This document shows, in pieces, positions 22,251-32,515 of a DNA stretch of 64,000 bases. Each line of letters starts with the position of its first letter. Within the stretch, counting starts at the first letter, position 1. Under the pieces are notes generated by a model that saw nothing but the letters and a program-made list of their open reading frames with translations, was not told the origin of the DNA and searched no databases. The DNA is taken from assembly GCA_015488885.1 (NCBI GenBank), contig WFMW01000028.1:63-64062 (forward strand), written 5' to 3'. Made by a program: the position numbers and the translations under genes. Source of the stretch: Gammaproteobacteria bacterium (lineage in GTDB: Bacteria; Pseudomonadota; Gammaproteobacteria; SZUA-229).

Positions 22251-22266
22251 CCAGGTGTTGAAAAAA

Positions 22267-22551
22267 TTAACCGGCACTGACAAATGCCCAGGTAATTAAA
22301 CAACCCGGGATGAACAACCAGAGGATAATTACCCAGCGCCAGATGCTATTGATGCCACGTAAACCCATATAATAATCACCAATCATAAAACCTTTTATCA
22401 GTGCAATACCCAGTACAGCCAGTGAAAAGCCCAGCCCGGTCAGGGACGATTTGCCGATCAGCCAGGTTATAAAGGTAAAACTTACCAGTATAATATAGAT
22501 GACTGTGCAGGGGCGTAGTGCATAGCGGTTTCTGTTGTGTGTTTTCTGCAT
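22267..22551 (-). CDS. norF: NorF-like (cytochrome c oxidase subunit IV family) small membrane protein
   Basis: 3 TM, IKGFMIGDYYMGL motif; directly after norE. Confidence 0.7.
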   Translation of the reverse strand: MQKTHNRNRYALRPCTVIYIILVSFTFITWLIGKSSLTGLGFSLAVLGIALIKGFMIGDYYMGLRGINSIWRWVIILWLFIPGCLITWAFVSAG

Positions 22552-22567
22552 CCAGGCTAGATCCGCT

Positions 22568-23149
22568 TTATTTCATAATATAAATGAGTGGAAATAATAT
22601 CAGCCATACAATATCAACCATATGCCAGTAACATGCGCCGGTTTCAACGCCCGTAAAATCTGTGGAACTATAATGCCCCTGTCTGGCTTTAATCGCAACC
22701 GCTGAAAGTATTACCATACCTAATATTACATGCATGAAATGAAAAAAAGTCAGCGAAAAATAAAACATAAAGAACAGATTGGTACGAAGATTAATCCCGT
22801 TATGATAATGATGATGGTATTCGATGATTTTAACTACCAGAAAAATAAATCCCATCATCACTGCGGCGATTAACCAGCGAATACACAGGCGGGTTTTATC
22901 CTCCCGAATAGCAGCAACGGCACGTACTACAAAATAGCTGCTGGTAATCAACGCAAGGGTATTAATAAGCGCCAGATTAGTATTCAGACTTAGCTGGCTG
23001 TGATTAAATAGCGCGACATGGTTGCTACGGGTAAAAGCGTAAGTGGCAAAAAAAATAGCAAATACAAGCAATTCTGCCAGAATAAAAATCCAGATAGCCA
23101 GATCGCCCGGCGGGTAGTCTCTGCGTTCAATAGTGTAGGATGATGGCAT
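22568..23149 (-). CDS. norE: NorE (cytochrome c oxidase subunit III-like)
   Basis: PPGDLAIWIFILAELLVF, FHFMHV, ETGACYWHMVDIVW. Confidence 0.9.
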   Translation of the reverse strand: MPSSYTIERRDYPPGDLAIWIFILAELLVFAIFFATYAFTRSNHVALFNHSQLSLNTNLALINTLALITSSYFVVRAVAAIREDKTRLCIRWLIAAVMMGFIFLVVKIIEYHHHYHNGINLRTNLFFMFYFSLTFFHFMHVILGMVILSAVAIKARQGHYSSTDFTGVETGACYWHMVDIVWLILFPLIYIMK

Positions 23150-23247
23150 AAAATAATCGGGTATTTTTTTCTGCAGCGAAAAAGAAATTACCGATCCCTG
23201 CTTAACCCTAAGCGGAGATCGGTAATGAATAGTTTAGTAAGTATATA

Positions 23248-24669
<1,422 letters not shown>

Positions 24670-24739
24670 TCAACAAAAACAGGCAAGCTATTGCTGAATA
24701 GTTAATACTTGATTCAGGTAGTTGATAATTCCTGTCGTT

Positions 24740-25174
24740 TTAACCTTGAATATTTGGTGGCCAGCCATTTGTGTCGATTTCAGAGGCATATTTAAGAAAG
24801 GCAGCAATCGCTGAAAGCTGTTTTTCATTAAAATTAAACTGCGGCATACTGCGACGACCGGGAATGCCGTTTTTGGGTCGGCTTTTGATAAAGGCTTTAA
24901 TGGCATCAGTGCTGTTGCCAAAACGTTTGTAAACATTGCCTAGCTCTGGTGCGAAATAAGCGCCTTCGCCCAGTATGGTGTGGCAACCAATGCAATCGTT
25001 GTCTTCCCATATACGTTTACCCATGGCGACCTGTGGGGTAATAATCGCTTTGGCATTCTGTTTGGGAATGGCCTCACTGGTATCAACACTGAGTGCAATA
25101 AAAAGTAAAAAGAAAAACAGGCTACCACCATAAAAGATGTTACGCGCCATCGATTTTGTAAAAGTTTGCGACAT
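24740..25174 (-). CDS. norC: Nitric oxide reductase cytochrome c subunit
   Basis: FTKSMARNIFYGG, CIGCH, GEGAYFAPEL, RRSMPQF, WPPN. Confidence 0.97.
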   Translation of the reverse strand: MSQTFTKSMARNIFYGGSLFFFLLFIALSVDTSEAIPKQNAKAIITPQVAMGKRIWEDNDCIGCHTILGEGAYFAPELGNVYKRFGNSTDAIKAFIKSRPKNGIPGRRSMPQFNFNEKQLSAIAAFLKYASEIDTNGWPPNIQG

Positions 25175-25231
25175 ATTTTTTCCTCCTCTGGAAAGTTTGC
25201 GACAGTTTTATTGATGTTGTCCGTGAAGTAT

Positions 25232-25245
25232 ATGACTTAAGTCAA
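25232..25245. promoter_or_regulatory. FNR/DNR-type box proximal to norC
   Basis: ATGAC-TTAA-GTCAA, 57 bp upstream of the norC ATG. Confidence 0.7.
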
Positions 25246-25284
25246 GGCGTGATATTCAGGCTGTTTACGTGGTTTCAGAAAAAT

Positions 25285-25298
25285 TTGATTTAGGTCAA
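25285..25298. promoter_or_regulatory. FNR/DNR-type box in the norC-sgp divergent region
   Basis: TTGAT-TTAG-GTCAA, one mismatch to TTGAT-N4-ATCAA. Confidence 0.75.
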
Positions 25299-25465
25299 AA
25301 GAGTGATTTATTTATGTTGTCACCTTGAAGAATATGTTTAAAATCATCATTATCGTTTGCAGATATTTACGATACATTAGTTACGTTCTCTATTGCCTGA
25401 AATGAGAACGGTAGTGGGTTGGTCTTTGATGACCTTAAGTTATTTTTACAACATTTAGGAGATAA

Positions 25466-25912
25466 ATGATGAAAACTTTACTAGCAGCAACTGCAGCGGC
25501 AACCTTGCTGATAATTTCAACCTCTGCCAATGCCTGGTGGAACAACGGTGATAACTGGAACAATAACTGGAATAACAACGGTTATGGTAATGGCTATGGC
25601 AACGGTTATGGCGATGGCTATGGTGATGGTTCTGGCGATGGCTCTGGTGATATGGATGGTAGTTTTAATTTTGGTATGCATGCAAAAGGTCATGGCAACA
25701 GCCATTTTCGTGGTAACGGTTATGGTTATAACGGTTATAATGGATACAATGGCTGGAATGGTTATAACGGCTATAATGGTTATAATGGCTGGAACAACGG
25801 CTATTATAATCGGCCTTACTATGGCCCTTATTACGGTCCTGCACCTTATGGCCCACCGGCAGCTCCTGCTGCTCCAGCACCAGCAGCACCAGCTGCTCCA
25901 GCAGCAAAATAA
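25466..25912 (+). CDS. Sulfur globule protein (SgpA/SgpB-like)
   Basis: Signal peptide ..ANA/WW, Gly-Asn-Tyr repeats (NGYG, GYN), YYGPAPYGPP, Pro/Ala tail; sqr nearby. Confidence 0.8.
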   Translation: MMKTLLAATAAATLLIISTSANAWWNNGDNWNNNWNNNGYGNGYGNGYGDGYGDGSGDGSGDMDGSFNFGMHAKGHGNSHFRGNGYGYNGYNGYNGWNGYNGYNGYNGWNNGYYNRPYYGPYYGPAPYGPPAAPAAPAPAAPAAPAAK

Positions 25913-25954
25913 ACAATATCTTTCCTGTTAACAGGAAAGATTGTTGTCATAGAA

Positions 25955-25985
25955 AGGCGGGTTGAGTTCTCAATCGGCCTTTTTT
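25955..25985 (+). terminator. Intrinsic terminator after sgp
   Basis: AGGCGGGTTGAG-TT-CTCAATCGGCCT imperfect stem followed by a T-run. Confidence 0.6.
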
Positions 25986-26060
25986 GTTTTATTTCTTCAC
26001 AAATTTCCCTATTGTCCGTTGACAATAATCACTGTTCAGAGAGTGATTTCTTTATATTAC

Positions 26061-26074
26061 TTGACCTATGTCAA
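26061..26074. promoter_or_regulatory. FNR/DNR-type box upstream of nrdJa
   Basis: TTGAC-CTAT-GTCAA, perfectly dyad-symmetric half-sites. Confidence 0.75.
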
Positions 26075-26099
26075 TTAAATTCGTTAGTATTGGCCTAAC

Positions 26100-26146
26100 A
26101 TACAACATCTACCAAATAATAATTATAATATAACTATATATTGTGG
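26100..26146. promoter_or_regulatory. Tandem NrdR boxes upstream of nrdJa
   Basis: tACAACATCTacc and aACTATATATTGTGG, 31 bp apart; resembles the acaCwAtATaTwGtg consensus and typical spacing. Confidence 0.6.
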
Positions 26147-26197
26147 TTTGTCTCTAATTTAGAGATAACTGCTATATTGGTTGGGAAGGTACAATTT

Positions 26198-28360
26198 ATG
26201 ACTATTGCTACAAAAAACGAAACCTTAACACTTAATCATCAGCACCTTAATATTGCCATGCAACCAGCTGCACAGGATATTTGGGAGCGAAAATATCAGC
26301 TTAAAAACAATAAGGGTGAAGTGGTTGATCTGTGTATTGAAGCCACCTTTACCCGTGTTGCCCAGGCACTTGCAGAAATAGAAACCACTGCAGAAAAACA
26401 ACAGTACTGGTATAAGGAGTTTCTCTGGGCGCTAAAAAATGGTGCCATTCCTGCAGGCCGAATTATTTCCAATGCCGGGGCACAGACTTATAAACCGGCT
26501 ACTTCAACGATAAACTGTACCGTTTCAGGGAAGATTCATGATTCAATGGATGATATTTTAAGCAAGGTTCAGGAAGCTGGCATGACTTTGAAATCCGGTG
26601 CCGGCATTGGTTATGAATTTTCAACCTTAAGACCGGCTGATGCCTATGTTTCCGGTTCGGGGGCACGCACTTCAGGGCCGTTATCCTTTATGGATATTTA
26701 TGACAGGGTCTGTTTTACCATTTCTTCAGCAGGGGGTCGCCGGGGCGCACAGATGGCAACCTTTGATATTGGTCATCCCGATGTGGTTGATTTTATCCGC
26801 GCCAAACGTGAGGATGGCCGCCTGCGCCAGTTTAATTTATCCTTATTGATCAGCCGTGAATTTATGGAAGCGGTTAAAAGCGCATCACCCTGGCCACTGG
26901 CATTTCCACTAACTGAAGAAGAAGCAAAAAGCAATCATCTTGATTGCCAGGATCCCACTCAGGTCGTCTGGCGTGACTGGCCGATAAGCGATAACTATAT
27001 CGTCAACAATGTGGGGAAAGTCGCCTGTCGTATTTATAAAAACATTGATGCTGCCCGTTTGTGGGATACCATCATGACATCAACTTATGACTATGCAGAA
27101 CCCGGTTTTATTCTTATTGATCAGTATAATACAATGAATAATAACTGGTTCTGTGAAAATATCCGTACCACTAATCCTTGCGGTGAACAGGGTTTGCCCG
27201 AATACGGTGCCTGTTTGCTAGGGTCTATCAATCTTACCCAGCTGGTTAGTTTCCCGTTTACCGACAGAGCCAGTTTTGACTGGAGTCGTTATCGGAAAAT
27301 AATAAAAATATTTACCCGTATGCTGGATAATGTTGTTGAGATCAACGGCTTACCACTTACGCAACAACGTGATGAAATTATCAACAAACGTCGTCATGGT
27401 ATGGGTTATCTTGGCCTTGGTTCTGCATTGACCATGCTGGGTCTGCGTTATGGTGATGATGAATCTTTACAGTTTACCGAAAAAGTCAGTCGCGAACTGG
27501 CTTTAGCTGGATGGGAAACGGCACTGGAGCTGGCCAGGGAAAAAGGGGCAGCGCCTGTTCTGGAGCAGGATTTTACGGTTACCACTGAAATGCTCAACAA
27601 ACGCCCAGAAATGCAACAAGATGGCTGGAATGTCGGTGATAAAATCAAGGGTAAAATCCTGCATGCCCGCTATAGTCGTTATATGCAGAAAATAGCCAGC
27701 ATCAACCCAGAGCTGGTTAAGGCACTGGAACAAACCGGCGCCCGTTTCACCCATCATAGTTCGATTGCGCCAACCGGCACCATTGCTTTATCCATCGGCA
27801 ATAATGCCAGTAATGGTATCGAGCCGAGTTTTGCCCATCATTATGCGCGAAATATTATTCGTGAAGGCAAAAAATCCAAGGAAAAAGTTGATGTCTGGTC
27901 GTATGAACTGCTGGCCTACCGTGAGTTAATAAACCCCGGGGCAAAACCGTTTGCCGAATCGAAAGATGAAAAACTACCCGATTATTTTATTTGCGCTGAT
28001 GACGTCACCCCCAGACAGCATATTGATATTCAGGCTGCTGCACAGACCTGGATCGACTCATCTATTTCAAAAACAGCCAATATTCCCACTGATTACCCCT
28101 ATGAAAAATTCAAGGATATTTATCTTTATGCCTATGAAAAAAAGCTGAAGGGCTGTACCACATTCCGCTTCAATCCGGCAGCCTTTCAGGGCGTACTGGT
28201 GAAGGAAAAAGATCTTAAAAATACCAGCTATCAGTTTACCCTTGAAGATGGTTCAAAAGTTAAGGTGAAAGGTGATGAAGAAATCCGTTATGACGGTGAA
28301 TTACACACTGCGGCAAATTTATATGATGCTTTAAAAGAAGGTTATTACGGTAAATTTTAA
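26198..28360 (+). CDS. nrdJa: Adenosylcobalamin-dependent (class II) ribonucleotide reductase, split large part
   Basis: PAGRIISNAG, TINCTVS, GGRRGAQM, TNPCGEQ, CLLGSINL, SIAPTGT, KGCTTFR; ATG 26198 after GGAAGG. Confidence 0.93.
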   Translation: MTIATKNETLTLNHQHLNIAMQPAAQDIWERKYQLKNNKGEVVDLCIEATFTRVAQALAEIETTAEKQQYWYKEFLWALKNGAIPAGRIISNAGAQTYKPATSTINCTVSGKIHDSMDDILSKVQEAGMTLKSGAGIGYEFSTLRPADAYVSGSGARTSGPLSFMDIYDRVCFTISSAGGRRGAQMATFDIGHPDVVDFIRAKREDGRLRQFNLSLLISREFMEAVKSASPWPLAFPLTEEEAKSNHLDCQDPTQVVWRDWPISDNYIVNNVGKVACRIYKNIDAARLWDTIMTSTYDYAEPGFILIDQYNTMNNNWFCENIRTTNPCGEQGLPEYGACLLGSINLTQLVSFPFTDRASFDWSRYRKIIKIFTRMLDNVVEINGLPLTQQRDEIINKRRHGMGYLGLGSALTMLGLRYGDDESLQFTEKVSRELALAGWETALELAREKGAAPVLEQDFTVTTEMLNKRPEMQQDGWNVGDKIKGKILHARYSRYMQKIASINPELVKALEQTGARFTHHSSIAPTGTIALSIGNNASNGIEPSFAHHYARNIIREGKKSKEKVDVWSYELLAYRELINPGAKPFAESKDEKLPDYFICADDVTPRQHIDIQAAAQTWIDSSISKTANIPTDYPYEKFKDIYLYAYEKKLKGCTTFRFNPAAFQGVLVKEKDLKNTSYQFTLEDGSKVKVKGDEEIRYDGELHTAANLYDALKEGYYGKF

Positions 28361-28380
28361 TCTTTATGCTGACGACTGCT

Positions 28381-28488
28381 GAAATAAATGGGAAGCCTTG
28401 TTCAAAACACGCTGTAAATATATCCATGTAGGCTCGACACCCGCATCCATGCGGCTGATGGTCTTGAACAAGACTCCCCATTTATTTC
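28381..28488. repeat. CATGGATG hairpin element (REPIN-like), copy A
   Basis: 78-nt core 28395-28472 is 71/78 identical (reverse complement) to 33471-33548; outer arms GAAATAAATGGG / CCCATTTATTTC. Confidence 0.85.
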
Positions 28489-28533
28489 TACCTCAGTAGT
28501 AAAACATAAAACCATACACAAAGGGTGGCTACC

Positions 28534-29277
28534 ATGACAGTAGAAATAGATAAAAAGATTATTGCCTATGATGTCATCAAGGATGAAGACGATGTCGGAC
28601 AGGCTGATGTAAAAACCGATACGGATAATGCTGACGGTAAAAGAACTGAAGAAAAACAGGCTTCGGCAGAAATCATCCAGATGCATGAAAAACTCCAGCG
28701 TCCTGAACAGTTGCTGGGTTCAACCTACAAGATAAAAACCCCTCAGTCTGAACACGCTGTTTATGTGACCATCAATGATATTTTGCTCAACCCCGGTACC
28801 GCCTATGAAATGCGCCGACCTTATGAAATATTCATCAACTCCAAGAATATGGATCATTTTCAGTGGATTGTTGCGCTGACCCGGATTATATCTGCGGTAT
28901 TCAGAAAGGGCGGTGATGTCACTTTCCTGGTTGATGAATTACGTAGTGTGTTCGACCCGAGAGGCGGTTACTTTAAAAAAGGCGGAAAATACAAATCGTC
29001 ACTGGTTGCTGAAATTGGTGATGCTATCGAATGTCATATGAAAATGATTGGCATGATTGAAGAAGATGTGATGGATGATTGCCAGAAAGAAATTCTACAG
29101 GCGAAACGCAAAGAATATGAAACCATCCATCACAAAGGTAAGAATACTCAGGATGGTGAATTGCCGACTGCATTTCCACCAACTGCCCAGTTGTGTAAAA
29201 AGTGTCATACAAAAGCGGTGATTAGTATGGATGGCTGTATGACCTGCCTTAACTGTGGTGATTCAAAATGTGGTTAA
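28534..29277 (+). CDS. nrdJb: Class II RNR C-terminal subunit NrdJb
   Basis: YKIKTP..EHAVYVTIND, EIFINSK, ELRSVFDPRGGYF, C-terminal CKKC...GCMTCLNCGDSKCG. Confidence 0.92.
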   Translation: MTVEIDKKIIAYDVIKDEDDVGQADVKTDTDNADGKRTEEKQASAEIIQMHEKLQRPEQLLGSTYKIKTPQSEHAVYVTINDILLNPGTAYEMRRPYEIFINSKNMDHFQWIVALTRIISAVFRKGGDVTFLVDELRSVFDPRGGYFKKGGKYKSSLVAEIGDAIECHMKMIGMIEEDVMDDCQKEILQAKRKEYETIHHKGKNTQDGELPTAFPPTAQLCKKCHTKAVISMDGCMTCLNCGDSKCG

Positions 29278-29286
29278 ACACGAATA

Positions 29287-29300
29287 TTGATCCAGGTCAT
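29287..29300. promoter_or_regulatory. FNR/DNR-type box upstream of the TIGR01212-ubiU unit
   Basis: TTGAT-CCAG-GTCAT, 57 bp before the TTG start at 29358. Confidence 0.6.
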
Positions 29301-29357
29301 GTTATATACTGGTTGATTACTGGATAATACCTCGTTTAAGTCACTCTGGTTGTTATT

Positions 29358-30332
29358 TTGAATCTTGCCCAGTATGTCAATACTTTTGGTCAGTACCTGC
29401 TTCAGCGTTATGGCGAGCGGGTTCATAAAGTGGCCATTGATGCCGGCTTTACCTGTCCAAACCGTGATGGCAGTATTGGGCGTGGTGGCTGTAGTTTCTG
29501 TAATAATGTTTCGTTCAGTCCCAATGGTCGTCAGACTGGTTTAATGGATAAACAAATTATTGCCGAGCAAATTGAAGCGGGTAGACAGGTCATTCGTAAG
29601 CGTACTGGAGCAAAAAAATATATTGCTTATTTTCAGGCCTATACCAATACCTATGCTGATACGCAGGCATTGGCCAGATTGTATGAACTGGCCTTAACCG
29701 AAATCGATGTGATTGGACTGGCCATCGGTACACGGCCGGACTGTGTGGCCGATGACTTACTGGATCTGCTGGTAGCCTATCAGCAGCAGGGCTATGAGGT
29801 CTGGCTTGAACTGGGTCTACAGTCGGCGTTTGATGCAACCTTAAAACGCGTCAATCGTGGGCATGGTTTTGCTGAATATGAACAGACATTATTAAAAGCG
29901 CGTGCGCGTGGCTTAAAAGTATGCACGCATCTGATTCTCGGCCTGCCGGGCGAGAACAGCCAGCATTACCAGCGTTCCTTGCAACGGGTACTCGAACTGG
30001 GGGTTGATGGACTTAAATTTCATCCCTTGCATGTGGTTAAAGGTACTCGGCTGGCCAATACATGGCGGCATGGTGAATATCGACCGCTGACACTGGATGA
30101 TTATGTGAATAACGTGGTTGAACTGGTGAAACAAACGCCAGATGAGGTTATCTTTCATCGGCTTACGGGTACTGCGCCGACCAATATTTTACTGGCACCA
30201 TCATGGTGTACAAAAAAATGGCTGGTGCTAAATAAAATCACTGCTTTACTTGCCGGGCAGACAGGCGATAACCATTCTAATCGTCAGCATCAGATAATCA
30301 CAGCAAAAAAGTTATCATTATCAACAATGTAA
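29358..30332 (+). CDS. yhcC: TIGR01212/YhcC-family radical SAM protein
   Basis: DAGFTCPNRDG..GGCSFC, AYFQAYTNTYA, IGTRPDC, ELGLQS, HLILGLPGE. Confidence 0.9.
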   Translation: MNLAQYVNTFGQYLLQRYGERVHKVAIDAGFTCPNRDGSIGRGGCSFCNNVSFSPNGRQTGLMDKQIIAEQIEAGRQVIRKRTGAKKYIAYFQAYTNTYADTQALARLYELALTEIDVIGLAIGTRPDCVADDLLDLLVAYQQQGYEVWLELGLQSAFDATLKRVNRGHGFAEYEQTLLKARARGLKVCTHLILGLPGENSQHYQRSLQRVLELGVDGLKFHPLHVVKGTRLANTWRHGEYRPLTLDDYVNNVVELVKQTPDEVIFHRLTGTAPTNILLAPSWCTKKWLVLNKITALLAGQTGDNHSNRQHQIITAKKLSLSTM

Positions 30333-30375
30333 TCAACGATCAATTATTATCAATCAACAGCCAAGAGTTAGAGTT

Positions 30376-31371
30376 ATGCAACTTGTTTGTCCAGCGGGAA
30401 ATTTACCTTCATTAAAAGCTGCCGTCGATAATGGTGCCAATGCCGTTTATATGGGGTTTAAGGATGATACCAATGCGCGTCATTTTGCCGGGTTGAACTT
30501 TGATGACAGACGTGCACAGGAAGGTATTGAATATGCCCATAATCATGGCGTGAAAGTATTTATTGCCATTAACACCTACCCGCAACCTTCAGGCTGGCAA
30601 CGCTGGCAGGAAGCGGTGGATCATGCTGCCGGGCTGAATGTGGACGCCTTGATTCTGGCCGATATTGGCGTTATGGATTATGCCAGTGAACGCTGGCCAG
30701 AACTGCGTTTACATCTGTCGGTACAGGGTTCTGCGACCAGCGCCGAGGCCATCGAATTTTATTCTCAGCGCTTTGCTATCAAACGAGTGGTATTACCGCG
30801 GGTATTGTCGCTGAAACAGGTTAAACAGGTGGCAGAAACCAGCCCGGTGCCAATCGAGGTTTTTGGTTTTGGTAGTTTATGCGTGATGGTAGAAGGGCGA
30901 TGTATGCTGTCTTCCTATGTGACCGGTCGTTCACCCAATACTTATGGTGCCTGTTCACCCGCCAATGCGGTTAGCTGGAATGAAACCCCGAACGGGCTGG
31001 AAACCAGGCTGAATAATATTCTGATAGACCGTCACGGTGAAGGTGAATCGGCGGGTTACCCTACTTTATGCAAAGGTCGCTTTAATGTTAATGCAAATAC
31101 CTATTATGCCATTGAAGAGCCGACCAGTTTGAATACCATGGCAATATTGCCAGAATTACAGGCAGTAGGTGTGGCGGCGATAAAAATTGAAGGTCGCCAG
31201 CGTAGTCCAGCGTATGTCAAACAGGTGGCAAAAGTATGGCGTGCCGCGCTGGATGCCTGTGAGAAAAATCCGCAGCATTATCAGCCTCAGGCAGACTGGC
31301 TGGCGGCGCTGGAAAAAGTCTCCGAAGGCTCACAGACTACATTGGGAGCCTACCATCGTCCCTGGCAGTAA
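30376..31371 (+). CDS. ubiU: O2-independent ubiquinone hydroxylase subunit UbiU (U32 family)
   Basis: LVCPAGN, TNARHFAGLNF, FGSLCVMVEGRCMLSSY, GACSPA, YPTLCKGRF, KIEGRQRSPAYV. Confidence 0.93.
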   Translation: MQLVCPAGNLPSLKAAVDNGANAVYMGFKDDTNARHFAGLNFDDRRAQEGIEYAHNHGVKVFIAINTYPQPSGWQRWQEAVDHAAGLNVDALILADIGVMDYASERWPELRLHLSVQGSATSAEAIEFYSQRFAIKRVVLPRVLSLKQVKQVAETSPVPIEVFGFGSLCVMVEGRCMLSSYVTGRSPNTYGACSPANAVSWNETPNGLETRLNNILIDRHGEGESAGYPTLCKGRFNVNANTYYAIEEPTSLNTMAILPELQAVGVAAIKIEGRQRSPAYVKQVAKVWRAALDACEKNPQHYQPQADWLAALEKVSEGSQTTLGAYHRPWQ

Positions 31372-31395
31372 TACGGGTATTTACCATAATTAACT

Positions 31396-31464
31396 TGTAA
31401 CTACTCAGCTAACCGGTGAAATGAGCAGTTACTGTTACATTTGACTACTCACTGAGTAGTTACA
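31396..31464. mobile_element. 69-bp MITE with TGT...ACA termini and 6-bp target duplication
   Basis: TGTAACTACTCAG...CTGAGTAGTTACA perfect 13-bp TIR; TTAACT on both sides; right 43 bp identical to the 17762 copy. Confidence 0.85.
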
Positions 31465-31504
31465 TTAACTTTATAGAAGAGCAATACTTATAACTCAGAC
31501 AATT

Positions 31505-32470
31505 ATGACTCAGACAATAAAATCTCTGCCTAAATTATCACTCGGGCCAGTTCTGTATTACTGGCCACGTGAACAGATATTCGATTTTTACCGGACGATA
31601 GCACAAACGCCGGTTGATGTTGTTTATCTTGGTGAAACCGTTTGTGCAAAACGGCGCCTGATGAAACCGGATGACTGGCTACAGGTTGCACGGATACTCA
31701 CCGAAGCGGGCAAGGAGGTGGTGCTGTCTACATTAACCCTGCTGGAAGCAAATTCAGAGCTTAGTTCATTGCGTAAAATCTGTAATAACAGTCAATATAT
31801 GGTTGAGGCCAATGATATGGCTGCCGTGCAGATAGTATCCGCCCGTCAATCATCTGACAATAAAGGCTTTGTAACCGGCCCTGCGGTTAATATCTATAAT
31901 TCCCGAACCCTTGAAGTGTTAGCAAAGGCAGGCTTAAAACGCTGGGCACTACCTGTGGAATTGTCCCTTGAAACATTGACCGAACTGCATCAAAACCGGC
32001 CTGCAGGACTTGAAACAGAAGTTTTTGTTTTTGGTCGTTTGCCACTGGCGTATTCGGCGCGCTGCTTTACTGCACGCGCCCATAATCTGCCCAAAGATGA
32101 CTGTCAGTTTCGCTGTCTGGATTATCCCGATGGTCTGCTGTTATCCACTCGTGAAGATGAATCGTTTCTGGTTCTGAATGGCATTCAAACACAGTCGGCA
32201 AAAACGCAGAATTTACTGACTGAGCTTAATAATCTTATTGAACTTGATATTGATGTATTACGTATCAGTCCGCAGTCCACGCATACTGACAAAATTATTG
32301 CTGTTTTCAACGATTGTCTGCATGGAAAACAGGCTATTGACGAAGCAGAAAAATGGTTACAGCACTATATCCTTACCGGCGAGTGTGATGGCTACTGGCA
32401 TAATCAGCCAGGTATGGATAAAACGGTAATAGATAAAACTATAATGGATGCCGCATTAAATACTAAATAA
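31505..32470 (+). CDS. ubiV: O2-independent ubiquinone hydroxylase subunit UbiV (U32 family)
   Basis: LSLGPVLYYW, YLGETVCAKR, LAYSARCFTAR, KDDCQFRC, NGIQTQS, CDGYWH. Confidence 0.93.
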   Translation: MTQTIKSLPKLSLGPVLYYWPREQIFDFYRTIAQTPVDVVYLGETVCAKRRLMKPDDWLQVARILTEAGKEVVLSTLTLLEANSELSSLRKICNNSQYMVEANDMAAVQIVSARQSSDNKGFVTGPAVNIYNSRTLEVLAKAGLKRWALPVELSLETLTELHQNRPAGLETEVFVFGRLPLAYSARCFTARAHNLPKDDCQFRCLDYPDGLLLSTREDESFLVLNGIQTQSAKTQNLLTELNNLIELDIDVLRISPQSTHTDKIIAVFNDCLHGKQAIDEAEKWLQHYILTGECDGYWHNQPGMDKTVIDKTIMDAALNTK

Positions 32471-32515
32471 TGACAATTCTTTGAGTAGCTACAACTCTTA
32501 TAGTGGTATAAAAAA

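Noticed and set aside
22056-22283. 75-aa ORF between norF and norQ
   Set aside because: Spans the MITE; no protein features
25530-25931. Alternative-frame ORFs over the sgp gene (133, 83 and 62 aa)
   Set aside because: Shadows of the low-complexity Gly/Asn/Tyr repeats; only the 25466 frame has a signal peptide and RBS
28260-28686. Short minus-strand ORFs sharing HGCGCRAYMD with ORF 33345-33572
   Set aside because: The shared peptide is just the translated hairpin repeat, not a gene family
30323-30357. FNR box before ubiU from the clustered ATCAA half-sites
   Set aside because: No TTGAY half-site at the correct 4-bp spacing
32482-32493. TGAGTAGCTACA as another TGT...ACA MITE end
   Set aside because: Only a lone half with a mismatch; no left end or target duplication
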